DNA of 64,000 bases from contig CAZSHB010000003.1 in the NCBI GenBank assembly GCA_964606885.1, positions 8,539-72,538 of the forward strand, written 5' to 3'. The translations under genes and the position numbers were made by a program. The stretch comes from an uncultured Pseudomonadota bacterium. GTDB lineage: Bacteria > Babelota > Babeliae > Babelales > CAIQNR01. The notes under the pieces were generated by a model, which was not told the origin of the DNA, made no database searches, and was given only the letters and a program-made list of their open reading frames with translations. Shown here piece after piece: positions 28,391 through 37,284 of this stretch (within the stretch, counting starts at the first letter, position 1; every line of letters starts with the position of its first letter).

Positions 28391-29008
28391 ATGCAAACCC
28401 AAAAAACAGTGACCCTTTCTGGTGACAAATACACCGAATCGATCTTAGTTATCCCAACCGCCACCCTATTTCCCAACGGCGCATGGAACGGTCTTAAAAA
28501 AGTTAATTGCGACACGTACCTAGACTTAATAGATAAAAATAAAGAATTTATCGCCCGTGGCGTTGCAGAAAACGACCCATCATATAAACAGATTATCCCT
28601 TACCTGATCTTTGCGTATAACGAAAAATATTTTATTATGCAGCGTAAAAACTCCTCAACCGAACAGCGCCTTGCAAATAAATACACCTTAGGTATTGGCG
28701 GCCATTTACGAGAAGAAGATATGGAAGGTTCAAGTATTATCGATTGGGCGCAGCGAGAATTTCACGAAGAAATCAACTACTCAGGCAACCTGACCATTAC
28801 TCCTCTTGGTGTATTAAATGACGACAGTAATGATGTGGGTAAAGTACATGCTGGATTTGTCTTCCTGCTTGAAGGCGATTCTGATAAGATTACCATTAAA
28901 TCAGAACTCAAAAATGGCCATCTAGCAACGCTACAAGAACTCAAAGACAAATATCCATTGATGGAAAGTTGGTCCCAATACGTTCTTGATTATTTGATAC
29001 AACGCTAA
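28391..29008 (+). CDS. NUDIX-family hydrolase
   Basis: Nudix box 'GIGGHLREEDMEGSSIIDWAQREFHEEINY' matching Gx5Ex7REUxEExGU. 205 aa. Confidence 0.7.
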   Translation: MQTQKTVTLSGDKYTESILVIPTATLFPNGAWNGLKKVNCDTYLDLIDKNKEFIARGVAENDPSYKQIIPYLIFAYNEKYFIMQRKNSSTEQRLANKYTLGIGGHLREEDMEGSSIIDWAQREFHEEINYSGNLTITPLGVLNDDSNDVGKVHAGFVFLLEGDSDKITIKSELKNGHLATLQELKDKYPLMESWSQYVLDYLIQR

Positions 29009-29236
29009 TACCATTTAAACGTGCTTAGGGGCACGCTTACATCAAGGTTACTTATCAGCTGCACAGATACGAGAAATTAGCGCACACCATCATTCCGATA
29101 CACCTTGTTATTATCATAGTTCACCATTGCCAAGAATATTCCATACCATACAATCAACACCCTCTGAGCAGTTGCCTGTATTAAAAATATTACAAGATAT
29201 TAAACACAAACAAAAAACTACCCATTAAGGATTTTT

Positions 29237-29887
29237 ATGAAAAAAATAGTATTACTAAGCGGATTAATTCTTTCTCAATGGTGTTATGCAAATGATAACG
29301 AAACAATATATGCCCATAGCACACCTGTGGCTAACAAAAGTTCTTCCCCTGAAGAGCACATTCTTGAACTTAATAATAAACTTTTAAAGGCAACACGAGA
29401 TTGCGATGTAACAAATATGCTCAAGGCTCTTGCACAAGGAGCAAAAAGTAATAATGGTAAAGGCCTCCTAGAATATCTAACTGTTTTGAGTGCCGCTCAA
29501 TGTTTTGACAACCGCATCTTAGATACATTAATGCAGCACAACTTTAGCCCTTCTGCTCGTGGCATATTACCTTATGAAGAGCCAGTGATTATTACTATGG
29601 CAGATCAGGGAAATATACGGGCAGTAAAAAGATTGCTCAACGCTGGAACTGATATTGATCAAGAAGGTTGGCATGGAGATACAGCTTTACTCAATGCTGT
29701 AAAGGAATGTAACACTCATATGATAAAAGCTTTATTAGTATGGGGAGCAGATCCTTCAAAAGCCAATTTTTTTGGTGAAACACCAGAAACTGTTATCCCA
29801 GATTGTACAGGCGCATCTGCTCAAAAAGATCTGAAACAAATTGAATTCTTACTTACTCGGGCTAAAGCAAGAAAAGAAATAAAATGA
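29237..29887 (+). CDS. secreted ankyrin-repeat protein
   Basis: Signal peptide 'MKKIVLLSGLILSQWCYA'. ANK units include 'GDTALLNAVKECNTHMIKALLVWGADPSKANFFGETP' and 'DQGNIRAVKRLLNAGTDIDQ'. Confidence 0.8.
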   Translation: MKKIVLLSGLILSQWCYANDNETIYAHSTPVANKSSSPEEHILELNNKLLKATRDCDVTNMLKALAQGAKSNNGKGLLEYLTVLSAAQCFDNRILDTLMQHNFSPSARGILPYEEPVIITMADQGNIRAVKRLLNAGTDIDQEGWHGDTALLNAVKECNTHMIKALLVWGADPSKANFFGETPETVIPDCTGASAQKDLKQIEFLLTRAKARKEIK

Positions 29888-30495
29888 AAAAATATATATC
29901 TCTATGGCTAGTACTATTTTCTGGCTTATTACATGCATCTTCAAGGCAAGATGATCCCAATGGACTTCATCCAATTATTACCCCTGCTGATCCTTTAAAC
30001 AGTCAAAAGCCTGACTGGTCTTTGTATAATGCTATTGTAAGTGGCGATACAGAAACAGCCTTACTATTGATTGAAAAATTATTTGATTGTATGCCGTATC
30101 CAATGGCGAATGAAGAAAGTTATCTTCATTATGCAGTACAATATGGACGGGTAGAAATCGTAAAAGCATTGCTTTATACAGACTTATTTGATGTAGATCA
30201 AATTGATAGTGAAGGCCATACACCTTTGTATTATCTTCTCATGATGAGAACCTCCCGAGGAACAAGCCTCCGTGCTTCTTCCCAGGATTATATTGCAATA
30301 GCAGAATTATTAATTGAACATGGCGCAGATATCGAAAAAGAAGATACTGATGGGCTTACTCCTCTGTATTATGCTGGGGTTGCAGGACACGAAGATATAG
30401 CTCGATTACTTATTGATATTTCAAAAAAACGGAAACAGTCATTCGGGAAACACAATGATATTGATGCTATTGTTCTAGATGGGTTATTTAATTAA
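29884..30495 (+). CDS. secreted ankyrin-repeat protein
   Basis: Signal peptide 'MKKYISLWLVLFSGLLHA'. ANK units are 'ESYLHYAVQYGRVEIVKALL', 'EGHTPLYYLL' and 'DGLTPLYYAGVAGHEDIARLLID'. It has a 4-nt overlap with the upstream ANK gene. Confidence 0.8.
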   Translation: MKKYISLWLVLFSGLLHASSRQDDPNGLHPIITPADPLNSQKPDWSLYNAIVSGDTETALLLIEKLFDCMPYPMANEESYLHYAVQYGRVEIVKALLYTDLFDVDQIDSEGHTPLYYLLMMRTSRGTSLRASSQDYIAIAELLIEHGADIEKEDTDGLTPLYYAGVAGHEDIARLLIDISKKRKQSFGKHNDIDAIVLDGLFN

Positions 30496-30507
30496 ATAAA
30501 AACACTT

Positions 30508-30882
30508 ATGAAAACTACTTCTTTACTATGGATGCTAACAACGCTCATCAGCAGTTGTATGTATGCAGCAACTCAAGAACATGATCAAGCTATCAAAATG
30601 CCATCTCTCGATATTTTACAGGAAAGACTTACACATGCTGGCTTTGGTCACTTTGATAAACAGACTAAATTAGCTCAGCAATTAGCCAATCAAGAAAGAT
30701 TACCTTTAGGCGTCTTTTCTACAGTACAACAATGTATCCATAACTATGCTCACAGTAATCCTGAACAAGCACAAGGATATCTTAAGCATTCAGACCAACT
30801 GCTTGAGATTTTATTAAAAGATTACCCGACAATCTTATTAACATTAAAAACAAGTAAGCTTTATACACCATCAGCACAATAA
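30508..30882 (+). CDS. hypothetical small secreted protein
   Basis: Signal peptide 'MKTTSLLWMLTTLISSCMYA'. No family recognised. Confidence 0.45.
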   Translation: MKTTSLLWMLTTLISSCMYAATQEHDQAIKMPSLDILQERLTHAGFGHFDKQTKLAQQLANQERLPLGVFSTVQQCIHNYAHSNPEQAQGYLKHSDQLLEILLKDYPTILLTLKTSKLYTPSAQ

Positions 30883-30963
30883 GATGATTTCTGTATGAAA
30901 ATATTTATGAAAACCCTCTTCTCATCTGATTGTGACATTGTAGTTTAATTCATCACGCAACAA

Positions 30964-32565
30964 TTAAAATTGATATAAATACTGAACTTCAAGCGTCTTT
31001 CCATCTTCGCTTAATTGTCCACCTTTAGGAATAATAAGTTCGTGTGTTTCTGGATCAAGATAACGGTTTTGAACTGTTGCAATAATTGAATCTCCAGTTC
31101 CTCTTTGAACGACTCTAACGTAGCCTGGCAAATAAAGTACACCATATTCTATGGTACCACCTTCAGGAACAATGAATGCATCTGTTTCTGGATCTAGATA
31201 ACCATTTTCTGGGGTAGCAACAAAAGAAACATCTGCCTTTGTATCAATAACTGTTCGCGTAAAATGTGGCACAAAAAGATATCCCGCATCTTCATCAAGA
31301 TAACCACCTTTAGGAATGATCAATTGATTCATGTTAGTAGGATCAACATACCCGTTACACGTTGTAGCCATTACCGAGTCACCCGTCTCTAAACTCATAA
31401 CATAAACTTGCCAAGGGTTAAACATACCCATTCTTGTAGTTAGTCTATATTTCTTTTTAAGTTCCCTAATCTGTGGATCTTTTAAATCAAACGGCAAAAT
31501 AGTACCTACAGCATCAATTTCTTCTAGAGATGGCGTATTAACAAAGCAAGAAAGGCTCAGTGTTTTTAAATTTTGCAAACTACCGTAAGCATACTGTCCA
31601 AACTCAACGTAAGCATTAAGATTAACCTCTTTAAGGGCAGGTAAATTGTTAAAGGCACCTGCTTCTATAGAAGTTATACTATTTTCTGCAAGACTAATAT
31701 TTTTAACTGAAGGTAAGTTAACAAACGTATTTTTAATAATTGTTGCCAGATTGTTTTTATCAATATTTAAAGCAATAGCTGATTTTATATTGGGAACATT
31801 ATTAAGTCCCTTTAACGATGTTAGACCTTGATTAGATAGGTCAAGTTCAAGACGTTGCGTGCCATCATAATATTGCCTCATGGAAACTGCTGGAATTGAT
31901 TGAGTATCTATAAGATCTTGAACTGAAATAGGGAATGGCTTGAGTGTTGGTTTACCCGTTGTATAGTCTGGAACAGGAAATAGATCTTTTCCTTCAGGAT
32001 TCGACGATCCAATAAAAAGTTGAACTCGCTGAGTAAGCTTTGGATAACCCATGGCTACACGCGATTTACCTGCATATTCTTTTATTTTCTTTATAAGGAT
32101 AGCAGCATGTTTGTTAGCCATTTTACTAATTAAGGCATTTGGTTTTTTTAATGGTCGATATTCTGTAAAAAGCAACTCTGCCAATTTTTCTTGCAAAAAA
32201 TGATCTTGATCAAGCATGAAATCTGCAGCCAAAATAGCTCCAAGAAGATCATCTGTTGTACACGGTTTAAAAGTCGGATCAATAATCATGGTCATAACAG
32301 TATCAAAGTCTCTTTTAGTCAAACTAGGCGTACGAGAAAAATCGACAGTATTATCGCTTTCAAGCCCAACTTGATCCGCCGCTTGCACCACAACTAACTG
32401 CTTTGCAAATCCAGCTGGATACATGCCAGTGCGACCGTCTGCAAAAATAATCGTATATTCTGGTTCTTGTGCATCATAAAAAACATCGCCGTCTACATCC
32501 GCTGCCGCCTGAACGCTACCACTTAAACCTACTAGTACGATTAACCAACCTAAAAATCTTTTCAT
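30964..32565 (-). CDS. secreted protein: Skp1/BTB-POZ-like N-terminal module + leucine-rich repeats + C-terminal tandem repeats
   Basis: Signal peptide 'MKRFLGWLIVLVGLSGSVQA'. N-terminal 'YTIIFADGRTGMYPAGFAKQLVVVQ...LLGAILAADFMLDQ'. LRRs include 'LDLSNQGLTSLKGLNNVPNIKSAIALNIDKNNLATIIKNTFVNLPSVKNISLAENSITSIEAGAFNNLPALKEVNL'. C-terminal repeats follow the pattern 'NGYLDPET..(F/L)I(V/I)P(E/K)GG'. Confidence 0.7.
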   Translation of the reverse strand: MKRFLGWLIVLVGLSGSVQAAADVDGDVFYDAQEPEYTIIFADGRTGMYPAGFAKQLVVVQAADQVGLESDNTVDFSRTPSLTKRDFDTVMTMIIDPTFKPCTTDDLLGAILAADFMLDQDHFLQEKLAELLFTEYRPLKKPNALISKMANKHAAILIKKIKEYAGKSRVAMGYPKLTQRVQLFIGSSNPEGKDLFPVPDYTTGKPTLKPFPISVQDLIDTQSIPAVSMRQYYDGTQRLELDLSNQGLTSLKGLNNVPNIKSAIALNIDKNNLATIIKNTFVNLPSVKNISLAENSITSIEAGAFNNLPALKEVNLNAYVEFGQYAYGSLQNLKTLSLSCFVNTPSLEEIDAVGTILPFDLKDPQIRELKKKYRLTTRMGMFNPWQVYVMSLETGDSVMATTCNGYVDPTNMNQLIIPKGGYLDEDAGYLFVPHFTRTVIDTKADVSFVATPENGYLDPETDAFIVPEGGTIEYGVLYLPGYVRVVQRGTGDSIIATVQNRYLDPETHELIIPKGGQLSEDGKTLEVQYLYQF

Positions 32566-32682
32566 CCTAACCCTCTCTATTATATATTCTATTTGAAATA
32601 ATATCAGTAGTTATATAAAGAAATAAAGAGAAAGATAAAAAGACCCTTATATGAGCTTAAAAGCTTGTCTCCAGCAACCCGC

Positions 32683-33573
32683 TTAGTCTTTATGGTTTCT
32701 TCTTGTAATATGCCAAGGTAATGGATTAAAAGGGCTTTTTTCTGGCTTATATAAAAGGCAAAATTCTTGAGGAGTCATGCGTGTATCTTCTTTTGGATTA
32801 TAATTACCAGGCACGCGGGGTAAACGCTCACCTTCCCAAGAATCCAACAAAATACCCGCTACTGTAAGTTTAGGTAGCCTGTCTGCTAAACATCCCAACT
32901 TTATTTTACCAAGAGGGTTATTTCTAAGATCTAATTGCTTCAATTCTGGTAAACCAACCCACTGCCCTTCTTCAAGAACAGTAATGTTATTATCAGATAG
33001 ATCTACCGTTTTAAGAGCTGATAACGAACGGCCAGGTCGTAACCTTTGGTCCCGTTCATAATCGAATTCATACACAGGAAGCTTCACCTCATGGTCTTTG
33101 AAAGTACCTGGCTGTACTGCAAAAATTGCATTATGACTACAATCAAGAAGCCGTAAATATGCTAACGTTGCAAAAAGAGCTGGATATAACTCTTGTTTAA
33201 TTCCACAATTACTCATGTGCAGTTCTTGCAGATTAACCATACTATGCAACGCTTTTTCTGGGATAGCACCAATCTGGCACCCAGACAGATTTAGCACTAA
33301 AAGATTTGTAAACCCTTTTAAAACATTAGGCTGCAATTTAAGTATACGTGGTGCCTGATTATGTTGCTGCAACCGTAATAGCGCAATTTTTTGCCGTTCT
33401 TTTTGTGAAGGTAATTGATCTTCTTTTAATGGATACTCTAAGCACAGCTCTTTACCACCCTCACGATCTTTACTGTGCAAAAAAGCCCCACTAGGCAAAA
33501 ATACACCCTCTGCTGCATCTATAACATGAGGGCTTAAAAGTAGTCCAACCAATAACCCATACCTTAATTTCAT
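32683..33573 (-). CDS. secreted leucine-rich-repeat protein
   Basis: The start is set at the Met preceded by 'aaggagagg', giving the signal peptide 'MKLRYGLLVGLLLSPHVIDA'. LRRs include 'LLVLNLSGCQIGAIPEKALHSMVNLQELHMSNCGI', 'LDCSHNAIFAVQPGTF' and 'VDLSDNNITVLEEGQWVGLPELKQLDLRNNPL'. Confidence 0.8.
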   Translation of the reverse strand: MKLRYGLLVGLLLSPHVIDAAEGVFLPSGAFLHSKDREGGKELCLEYPLKEDQLPSQKERQKIALLRLQQHNQAPRILKLQPNVLKGFTNLLVLNLSGCQIGAIPEKALHSMVNLQELHMSNCGIKQELYPALFATLAYLRLLDCSHNAIFAVQPGTFKDHEVKLPVYEFDYERDQRLRPGRSLSALKTVDLSDNNITVLEEGQWVGLPELKQLDLRNNPLGKIKLGCLADRLPKLTVAGILLDSWEGERLPRVPGNYNPKEDTRMTPQEFCLLYKPEKSPFNPLPWHITRRNHKD

Positions 33574-33581
33574 ACCTCTCC

Positions 33582-35138
33582 TTACAATATCGAACACCAA
33601 GTATTTTTTTTAATTGGCTGACAAACCGCTACAAACTCGCTTTTACGAGCATCTTCACCCGCTTGCAATAAATCTACAATAGCATCATGTTCTTCCATAC
33701 GTGCATGATCAATTGCCTTTCTTTTAAGATTATCTGCAAGATCTTTACGCGCTCCTGCAGCAAGTAACGCTACAACTACTGCAGCATGGCCTTGACTCGA
33801 TGCTGCTATAAGTGGAGTAGACCCATACATATTACAGGAATCTAACTCAGCACCTGCTACAATAAGCGCTTGTACTACGTTTACATACCCAAAATAACTG
33901 GCTCGTGATAATACCGTATCTTGAACACTATTTTTTAAGTTTGGATTTGCTTGAGCAGCAAGAAGTAACTGCACAATTTTTTCACGATTTTCAAGTTTAT
34001 AGTGTGAATCAACTGCCATCATAAGCGGTGTATTATGTGCATTATCTACAAGATTTACCTGTGCTTTTGCTTTCAATAATAGATCTACCATCTCTAGGTC
34101 CCCATTATAGGCAGCAGATAATAACCCTCTAAATCCATAACCACATGCAAGCTGCTGATCTACATCAACCCCTGCTGCAATAAGTACTGCTACAAGCCGG
34201 CTATTGCGACTCTCGACAGCTTGTGCAAAAACATTATCCAGACAGCCTTCTTGTTGTTTAACCATATCAGCACCATACACCGTTGCAATCCAACGCAACA
34301 AAGTAGATATAGTTTTACGGCTAGTAATATACCCACTCAATTCTTTAAAATCTTGAGTTTGATACACAGGCGCACCAGTACGCATTCTTATCTTTGCTGC
34401 CGTTTCATTTGAATGTAAAAACCTTTGTACATACCGAATATAAGGATATATAAATTTTTGCGACAAATCCGGTATAGGCTCTTCTATAACCGTGTTATCT
34501 GTAGTAAGAGCAAATATTTTCTCACTTTTAAAATACCCAACCCCCAAACCGTCTACCCATATTTTATTCATTTCATCAAATTGCTCTCGCGTCATTAATG
34601 CAAACGTCTTTTGCGGGTTTTTTGCAAAAATCTCGCGATACAAATAGCTTCCAATTCTACACGTTATCTCATCAGTCTCACTAAACTCCCCTTTTGCTGG
34701 ATCACTATAAACAGGTTTACTATTTTCAAGAAGTATTCGTGCTGTCTCAAAAAGAGATATAAAGCTAACATCAGAATAGGTATAAAAATCTTTTATTTTT
34801 ATTTGTTCGCTACTAGTATCATGCTGACCATAGAGATCAAAATACTCCCTTAAAAATTTATACCACACTATCTGCTTAAAATGTTCCTGTGTTATAGAGG
34901 TAGCTTCTAACGAAAACGTACTGGGCCCTTTACCTAAATCTTCTGCAAGTTGCTGATACAAAAGCAATTGCTCAATAACAGCTTTTGGATAATAACCTTG
35001 GTCATCTTTAAACATTACTAAAATAGTATCTTTTTTTGGTTCACTGTTTACTGGTGCATGTCCTGATGCACTTTCTGCTGCTTGCACCGTTGTCCCTACT
35101 AAACACAACACCAACAACTTACTCCATACCTGCTTCAT
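33582..35138 (-). CDS. secreted protein: Skp1/BTB-POZ-like N-terminal module + ankyrin repeats
   Basis: Signal peptide 'MKQVWSKLLVLCLVGTTVQA'. N-terminal 'TILVMFKDDQGYYPKAVIEQLLLYQQLAEDLG...LFETARILLEN...ITCRIGSYLYREIFAKNPQKTFALMTREQFDEMNKIW'. C-terminal ANK units include 'HNTPLMMAV', 'YGSTPLIAASSQGHAAVVVALLAAGARKD'. Confidence 0.75.
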   Translation of the reverse strand: MKQVWSKLLVLCLVGTTVQAAESASGHAPVNSEPKKDTILVMFKDDQGYYPKAVIEQLLLYQQLAEDLGKGPSTFSLEATSITQEHFKQIVWYKFLREYFDLYGQHDTSSEQIKIKDFYTYSDVSFISLFETARILLENSKPVYSDPAKGEFSETDEITCRIGSYLYREIFAKNPQKTFALMTREQFDEMNKIWVDGLGVGYFKSEKIFALTTDNTVIEEPIPDLSQKFIYPYIRYVQRFLHSNETAAKIRMRTGAPVYQTQDFKELSGYITSRKTISTLLRWIATVYGADMVKQQEGCLDNVFAQAVESRNSRLVAVLIAAGVDVDQQLACGYGFRGLLSAAYNGDLEMVDLLLKAKAQVNLVDNAHNTPLMMAVDSHYKLENREKIVQLLLAAQANPNLKNSVQDTVLSRASYFGYVNVVQALIVAGAELDSCNMYGSTPLIAASSQGHAAVVVALLAAGARKDLADNLKRKAIDHARMEEHDAIVDLLQAGEDARKSEFVAVCQPIKKNTWCSIL

Positions 35139-35148
35139 CCATTCCCCT

Positions 35149-36726
35149 TTACATCACTGCACATTGCATACATTTTTTATTCTTTTTACCGGCTTCTAAA
35201 AGAGCTAATACCTCTTTATGGTTGTTTTTTCTTGCATGATCAGCTGCCGTCATAAACTGATTGTCATACAAATGCTTATCTGCTCCGGCAGCAAGTAATG
35301 CTGCTACAACAGGAACATGCCCTTCTTCAGCTGCCGCCATAAGAGGAGTACCCCAAGAATCCCACCTATGAAGGCTTTTATAGTGAACATTCAGTTGGGC
35401 ACCGGCATCAATCAGTAATTGTACAATATCTGCATACCCAAAACGACTTGCTTTTACTAAAGCTGTTTCTCCCCATTCAGGTTGTTGCATATTCGGATTA
35501 GCCCCTGAAGCAAGAAGCAACTGTACAATTCGCTTGCGACGATCAATTGTAACGCCATCGTCATCCCCACTCCCTAATGCCTTTATAAGGGCTGAAGTAT
35601 GAGCCTCTGTAAAAATATTAACTTTTGCTTTTGCACGTAAAAGAGTCTCAACCATCTCTTGGTTACAAGTATCAGCGGCATGCATTAATGCTGTAAATCC
35701 ATACCCTACACCCGCTGATAGCTGTCGATCAACATCTACGCCTGCTTTCAGTAGTAACTCCACAAGGCCACTATCGCCTGTTAGTACTACCCTATCAAAC
35801 AAATTATCAAAAACGATTGCCTTTTCTGCCTTTAATTCTTTGCCATACATAGTAATAACCCATTTTAAGCTCGCTACAGACGCATTTTTGTTACATAGCA
35901 AACTGTTATACAAAGTATAATAATAATTAGAATGATAAGGCGGTAAACTGATACGAGATTTAATAGCGTCTAAAGATGCTTGTGAATGTAAAAATCGCTG
36001 TACATACCGAATATAAGGAGCCTGTAAATGTAAGGGCAAAAATGGCAACGATTCTTGCACTAAAGTACGTTTTTTGTTCTGTTTATCTTTAGACACAAGA
36101 GCAAATATGTTTTTTAATCTATGTAAAAAAAAACTTTTATCTTGAAGTCTAATATGACTTATTGCTTGCACCCAAGCCTCGTTCATTTCTTCAAACTGCT
36201 CGTCTGTCATTAATCCAAGAGTTCCATCCGGATTCTCACAAAATCTTTTATATAAGACATATCCAATTGTACATGTTGCTATATCTAAACAAGCAAGTTC
36301 ACCTGTAGCTGCATCGCTATACACAGGTTTTTGATTCTCTAATAGTATCCGTACTGTTTCAAACAGATCTATTACATCTTGTATTGAACCATCTTGACGA
36401 ATAAAAGCATTATAAGCTATACCTGGCACATCAAACTTATCAAGATCATCTTTGAGATATACAACAAATGCAAAATTTTTCTGTGTAATACCAGTAGCTT
36501 CTAACAAAAAAGTTGCAGCCTGGTCCTGACCAAGATCTTCTACAAATTGCTTATACAGTGGCAGTTTATCAATAAGAGCTTTTGGATAATAACCTTGACC
36601 ATCTATAAACGTTACCAAAACAGTCTCTTCTGTTGGCGTAGATACTCTTGACGATGCTCTTGATGCATTTTCTGCTGCTTGCACCGTTGTCCCTACCATG
36701 CATAATATATAGAACAACTTATTCAC
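35149..36726 (-). CDS. secreted protein: Skp1/BTB-POZ-like N-terminal module + ankyrin repeats (paralog of 33582..35138)
   Basis: Signal peptide 'MNKLFYILCMVGTTVQA'. N-terminal 'VLVTFIDGQGYYPKALIDKLPLYKQFVEDLG...LFETVRILLEN...ATCTIGYVLYKRFCENPDGTLGLMTDEQFEEMNEAW'. ANK units include 'GFTALMHAADTCNQEMVETLLRAKAKVN' and 'WGTPLMAAAEEGHVPVVAALLAAGADK'. Confidence 0.75.
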   Translation of the reverse strand: MNKLFYILCMVGTTVQAAENASRASSRVSTPTEETVLVTFIDGQGYYPKALIDKLPLYKQFVEDLGQDQAATFLLEATGITQKNFAFVVYLKDDLDKFDVPGIAYNAFIRQDGSIQDVIDLFETVRILLENQKPVYSDAATGELACLDIATCTIGYVLYKRFCENPDGTLGLMTDEQFEEMNEAWVQAISHIRLQDKSFFLHRLKNIFALVSKDKQNKKRTLVQESLPFLPLHLQAPYIRYVQRFLHSQASLDAIKSRISLPPYHSNYYYTLYNSLLCNKNASVASLKWVITMYGKELKAEKAIVFDNLFDRVVLTGDSGLVELLLKAGVDVDRQLSAGVGYGFTALMHAADTCNQEMVETLLRAKAKVNIFTEAHTSALIKALGSGDDDGVTIDRRKRIVQLLLASGANPNMQQPEWGETALVKASRFGYADIVQLLIDAGAQLNVHYKSLHRWDSWGTPLMAAAEEGHVPVVAALLAAGADKHLYDNQFMTAADHARKNNHKEVLALLEAGKKNKKCMQCAVM

Positions 36727-36774
36727 ACGTAACCCTTTTTCATTGTAAAAACCTCACATAACAAAGGGCATTAT

Positions 36775-37284
36775 ATGCTAAATAACAAAGCGCACTCAAT
36801 CTTTCTTGAACTACAAAAACTCATCTACCAACCCTGTGGTTTACCCGTAACAAACTATAAACAAGAAACAGAAAACAAAGAGTACGGCGCCTGTTCATTT
36901 GATCTTAATCAGCATGCCATACAGTTTCGTGTAGCAAAAATAACCCCTACCAAAAATGGTCAGTTTGTTGCCTTTTATACACGTACTAGGTTGGGCACAA
37001 CAATCCCTTACGATAGTACAGATACGTTTGATTTTATTATTATCGCCTGCCAGCAAGAAGAACATCTGGGGCAATTTATATTTCCCAAAGCAGTTTTAGT
37101 ACAACACGGTTATGTATCTGTTAACGGTATTGGTGGTAAACGGGCCATGCGTATCTACCCGCCATGGGATGTACCAGAAAGCGCTCAAGCAGCAAAAACA
37201 CAGGCTTGGCAGCTACCCTATTTTACTACCATCAAACCACATTGTGATAATACTGCAATTTGTGCCCTTCTTGTTCATCGATAG
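36775..37284 (+). CDS. MepB-family protein
   Basis: 'NKEYGACSF...RVAKITPTKNGQFVAFY...GQFIFPKAVLVQHG...GGKRAMRIYPPWD...AAKTQAWQLPYF' matches my recollection of the MepB (PF08877) pattern. Function unknown. Confidence 0.55.
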   Translation: MLNNKAHSIFLELQKLIYQPCGLPVTNYKQETENKEYGACSFDLNQHAIQFRVAKITPTKNGQFVAFYTRTRLGTTIPYDSTDTFDFIIIACQQEEHLGQFIFPKAVLVQHGYVSVNGIGGKRAMRIYPPWDVPESAQAAKTQAWQLPYFTTIKPHCDNTAICALLVHR

